A stretch of 63,333 bases of DNA, the filler included, from Reclinomonas americana ATCC 50394 (lineage: Eukaryota), in the NCBI GenBank assembly GCA_048213135.1. It is 21 parts of 21 records of this genome, joined end to end, with 100 filler letters (N's around TTAATTAATTAA, not from the genome) between each part and the next. Parts side by side here need not be neighbours in the genome. Positions count along the whole stretch, not along the records: positions 53,387 to 57,860 come from AFZH01018554.1; positions 57,961 to 63,333 come from AFZH01018555.1; 19 more parts are not named here. The stretch is one strand, 5' to 3'. Numbering within the stretch: the stretch's first letter is position 1; every line of letters starts with the position of its first letter. The translations under genes and the position numbers were made by a program. A model generated the notes under the pieces. The model had not been told where the DNA came from, did not search any database, and was given only the letters and a program-made list of their open reading frames with translations. Positions 56,779 to 63,333 of the stretch are shown here, piece after piece.

Positions 56779-57730
56779 TGACGCCAACACCGCAAGATCA
56801 CTCAGCTCGCTCGCCAGCTGCTGTGCTGTTGGACGGCGTGCTGGGCGGCCATCAAGGCATCTGCAGATTGGTCAGTCAGCGTGTCTCCTTGCAACTCTCT
56901 TGCAAACACACAAACCTCAGTGCCAATCGCACTGTCCGCTCACACACAGGAGCCGGCCACGGTCGACCGACATCTCTATCCGCCAAATCCACAGCGGCTT
57001 TGAGCAAAGCATCGCCGCCCACTTCTTCCATCTGCTCCAGCGCTTCCACTCGCCAGTGCACCTCCTCGATCGGCAGACCGCTGAGCATTTGCAGGAGGAC
57101 GAGACCAAGAGAGAACACATCCGAACTCGGTCGCAGCTGGCCGTGCATGGCCTTGGGGTCGGCGTACTTGGGGTCGCCAGCAAAATGCACAGACAAGTGC
57201 GTCTGTGACACGAGGAAGGGAAGGAGAGGATTGAGGAAAGGAGAAGGGAGAGACAGCGAAGGAGAGTGTCACTCACCCCCTCGGTGCGGAACCAGTGTGC
57301 CACTCCCAGGTCCGCGATATAGGCCATTCCACTGTGGTTGAACAGAATGCTGCCTGGCTTCAGGTCGCAATGGATCACTGAGAGAGAAAGTGAGTGGAAG
57401 ACAATGGGCAGAGGACGGAGAACAGACACACGTACCATTCTGCGCATGTCGAAAAGCGCACAGAAAGGCACGAGTGAGTCAATAAAGAGAAGAATGAAGC
57501 AAACGCACACAGTCAACACGCATGACATCTCTCACTCACATGCCTGCATCATCAACGACGTGAGTCCGAAAACATGGAGAGCGAAGCAACAGGCATGTGA
57601 CACGCAACTTGTGCAGCGAAGCAACAGTCTCGGCACATCGCAGCATGCACGTCATGCGTGCCTCAATCGACATTGCCGGCAGTCCACGCTCCGCCCACTG
57701 CAGCAGTCGGTGCTCCAAGTTGTGCTCACT
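56779..57730 (-). pseudogene. Kinase copy 3: altered catalytic loop and RING deleted (pseudogene or pseudokinase); 5' end in gap
   Basis: HCDLKPGS replaces HRDLKPAN; stop after SDLAVLASGC; out-of-frame remnant DVDVGNGYDF matches the post-RING tail GVDAGEGYGF. Confidence 0.65.
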
Positions 57731-59959
57731 GCGAATCACGAGAGAATGAGTGAACACGAATAGATGCCATCTCCAAGAAAAGACACATGGCGTGGTGGCT
57801 ATTGATCGAGACAGACGGAAAGACAGGAAAACTGCATCTACAACAGACGAGCTGGCAGCTNNNNNNNNNNNNNNNNNNNNNNNNNNNNNNNNNNNNNNNN
57901 NNNNTTAATTAATTAANNNNNNNNNNNNNNNNNNNNNNNNNNNNNNNNNNNNNNNNNNNNAGAGAGAGAGAGAGAGAGAGAGAGAGGTGATGAGAGACAG
58001 CGAAGGGGAAACATAGTCTGGCAATAGTGAGAGGGGGAGGGAGAGAGCGCGCGCTCCCGACGGAGACTCCCTCCTGTCTCTTTATCCGCTCACCGCGTTT
58101 TTCACGCAGGTTACACGATGGTCATCAAAGCCTCGACGCCATCGCCTTCCACATTTTTCATATACTTTTTCGTTAAGTCATCGCTCGCCCCCGTATGCTG
58201 GAATAAATGGCTCTCACCTCCCTCGTGCGCAGACCCCTCGGGAGGATGCGAACTACCAAAGTGTGTCGGTGCCCCCATGAGCGGCGAATCAGTTGCCACT
58301 CACTCACTTTCCTTGTCTCTCTTCGCAGAAGTCATGCAGGGCGCGACGCAGGGTGCTGAAATATCGCTAAATTATGTCGTTGGGTGTCCTTTTGTGCTCT
58401 CCGGTTGCAGAAACACAGCGTGAATGTTCACATCCTGCGTGTGCTGCGGCAGATGCAATCCAACAGCGTCGCGCAAGCCATTTCCAATGCCGGGGTTCCT
58501 GGTCGTCAGGTGCATCTTTCGTTCTTCTTTCATTATCCTCGTTGTGTTCTCGCGACTGGCTCGCTCAACTGGTATGTTTAGTTCTTTGAGATCCTGGTCA
58601 CGGAGATCCAGCAGTACAGATACATGAATTCTAGCCAGGACTACAAGTACCACGTAATCGAACAGACAGAGGTTTGCTGATGGGCGCGGGGGCCTGCTTT
58701 CGACATGATTGCAGCTCATCTTTTTCTTGCAGATTTCATCGTTTTCTCCGGCGTTCTTCGCCAACACGCTGCCGAGTGGATACCAGGCGTCTATTGGTTT
58801 GTGTTGTGTTGTAGAATGATGAGACTGCGAGCTGTGCTGACTGCTGTCGTGCAGGCGTGCGACCTGCACTGTCGACATTTAAGGTGTGGAATGGGAGAAG
58901 GGGGATAGGAGGGGAAGGAGCGAAGAAAGAGGGAAGGGGAAGAGAGCAGTATGTACCGGAAAATGGATCGTCTGTGCGATTCTGTGTGCTGCTGAGTCCG
59001 AAGTGGCTGTACGATACTTTTCTCGTGTGCTGTTGCTTGGCTGTGTCATGCTGTGGTGCTCTGTTGCTCTCGTGTGGTTGTCGGTCTGGTGCTGCGGTCT
59101 TGCTATTCTGTGTTGCTCTTTCCTTCGCTGCTTTGTTATTGGGGCATGCTTCTGTTATTTTTTGTGCTCCTCTCCTGCGTTGCTTCGCTTCCTGCGATGT
59201 TGCCGCTTTGGTGGTCGTGTGAGTGTGAGTTGGCTGCCCCGTGCTACTTCCGTTTGCTGAGTTGTTCTCTGTTTGAGCGTGCGAATATATTCGTGTGCTG
59301 CGGTGTCTAACGTCGTGCGCAGGAGACATACCAGTTCTCCGTTACCGACTTCCTGGGCTCCGAAGTCGCCATCATCGGTGGCTGCTTCTCATTGTTGCGT
59401 GACCGGCGACCGTTCCCCTGCCTGCCTGCGTGATTGCACTCACACACACTGCGGTACAGATGGCGCGGCGTCTACTGGATCCTGTCGTTGATATTACGCA
59501 GGTGGTTCTCCGCGTCCAAGCAGCAGTCGCCGGATGCGGTCAATGGCAGTGGCATGCTGCTGGAGCCATTAACGAGGGGAAAGAATTGAACACTAATGAT
59601 AACAACAGAGCAAGGAGAAGGGAGGTGGTCGTATGGATGGGAGATTCAATCAATCAAGTATGCCGAGCACACTGGAGCGATTGTTTTCACCCGAGTCGGA
59701 TCGTGCGCACAGACTTCCCGGGCGTCGTTGAAGGAGATGGACGACCGACATCGAGAGCGGCCACCTGCGCCGAGTGGTGGACAGATGCTGCGTAGAGATC
59801 CTGCGGGCGGACTATGCGATGTTCGCTTTCCGCTGTGCTGGTGGCAACCAGGCTCAAAACCAAGAGCCAAGCAAATAATCTCCCACCCGCAGCAACTGCG
59901 CCGCAGCCTCAGGGCAACTGGAACCATCGCGTCGCTATTGCAGCACCCAGCGTCTACGT

Positions 59960-60152
59960 ACGGCCGCTGACACTATTTGCGCCACGAAATCCTTCCAGCT
60001 GCAGGCCAACTCGCGTTTGATTGGCTTTGTCTCCTGAAGGGGAAGATGACTGTTGGAGAACTTAATTATGTGTCTGCATATTGTTGGTGTACCAAGGTCA
60101 TTGTCGGTAAGGGATTTGTGGGCGTTTTCGCATTATTGAAATGTGGTGAATT
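59960..60152. repeat. Dispersed intergenic repeat, copy upstream of the ankyrin-kinase gene
   Basis: ccgctgacac...atttgcgccacgaaatcc...gcgtttgattggctttg...aagggatttgtgggcgttt matches 20749-20940. Confidence 0.85.
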
Positions 60153-60306
60153 ACACGACGTCGATGGGACAGACTGTGGGACACACACGCTGGACGACGG
60201 ACCTGGAATCGTGTGCGTGGTGAATAGGCATTGTGTTAGAGCGCGCGCACGTGTGTGTGTGTGTGCTGCAAGGATCTTCTGCTTCGTCGGTGTCGAGTCA
60301 AGAAAA

Positions 60307-63023
<2,717 letters not shown>

Positions 63024-63333
63024 AGCAAAGTTAACTGCAAGTGAACGCTTCAGCCGCGTGCGCGAGTTACACGTATTTTCTCTTGTCTTGATTACTGCAT
63101 AATAGCGCGACAGTTCCAAGCATGTCGTCGTTGTGGTGGAACTCGATATTGCGACATCTCTAATATCATCGTCGACGTTAGAACTCTCTCTCTCTCCTTC
63201 GCTGCACACCTCTCACTCTCACTCGCCCTCTCTCTCTCTCACACAGTGCACTCAAGAAAGATACACAGAGAACACACCAACGTCAAACCACAAACCATGT
63301 CCTGTCTTCATTGATCACTGTATCTTTTGTCAC

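Noticed and set aside
58111..59950. Possible SAM-like motif (LLDLRDQDLKELNIP) and short ORFs suggesting a gene or retroelement relic
   Set aside because: No coherent exon chain or RT/integrase/transposase motifs could be assembled by eye

Overview
Draft scaffold of an intron-rich, microsatellite-rich eukaryote. Twenty 100-nt gaps carry a TTAATTAATTAA spacer. KIFAP3 and NDUFA13 point to a flagellated, aerobic organism, probably a protist (inference). Housekeeping genes (KIFAP3, CCDC47, NDUFA13, two HSP20s, a Trs65/TRAPPC14-like gene, an LPAAT/LCLAT acyltransferase, EDRF1) are interspersed with a lineage-expanded signalling set. (1) Two paralogous coiled-coil + IRAK/Pelle/RLK-type kinases have swapped N-terminal domains: an atypical Rho/Rac GTPase in one, ankyrin repeats in the other. 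(2) A tandem array of three TRAF-like RING-zinc finger-coiled-coil proteins ends in a variable TLDc domain instead of MATH. (3) A tandem array of Pelle-type kinase-RING fusions includes a degenerate copy. Together these resemble a candidate TRAF/IRAK-like immune or surveillance toolkit (hypothesis). Also notable: a degenerate Amt-family transporter fused to a long secreted coiled-coil stalk, two consecutive 4-nt micro-exons conserved across paralogs, recurrent GTTGCG splice donors, and a dispersed intergenic repeat that forms a ~255-bp fold-back in one copy. Exon boundaries were inferred by eye and are approximate. No database searches were run.
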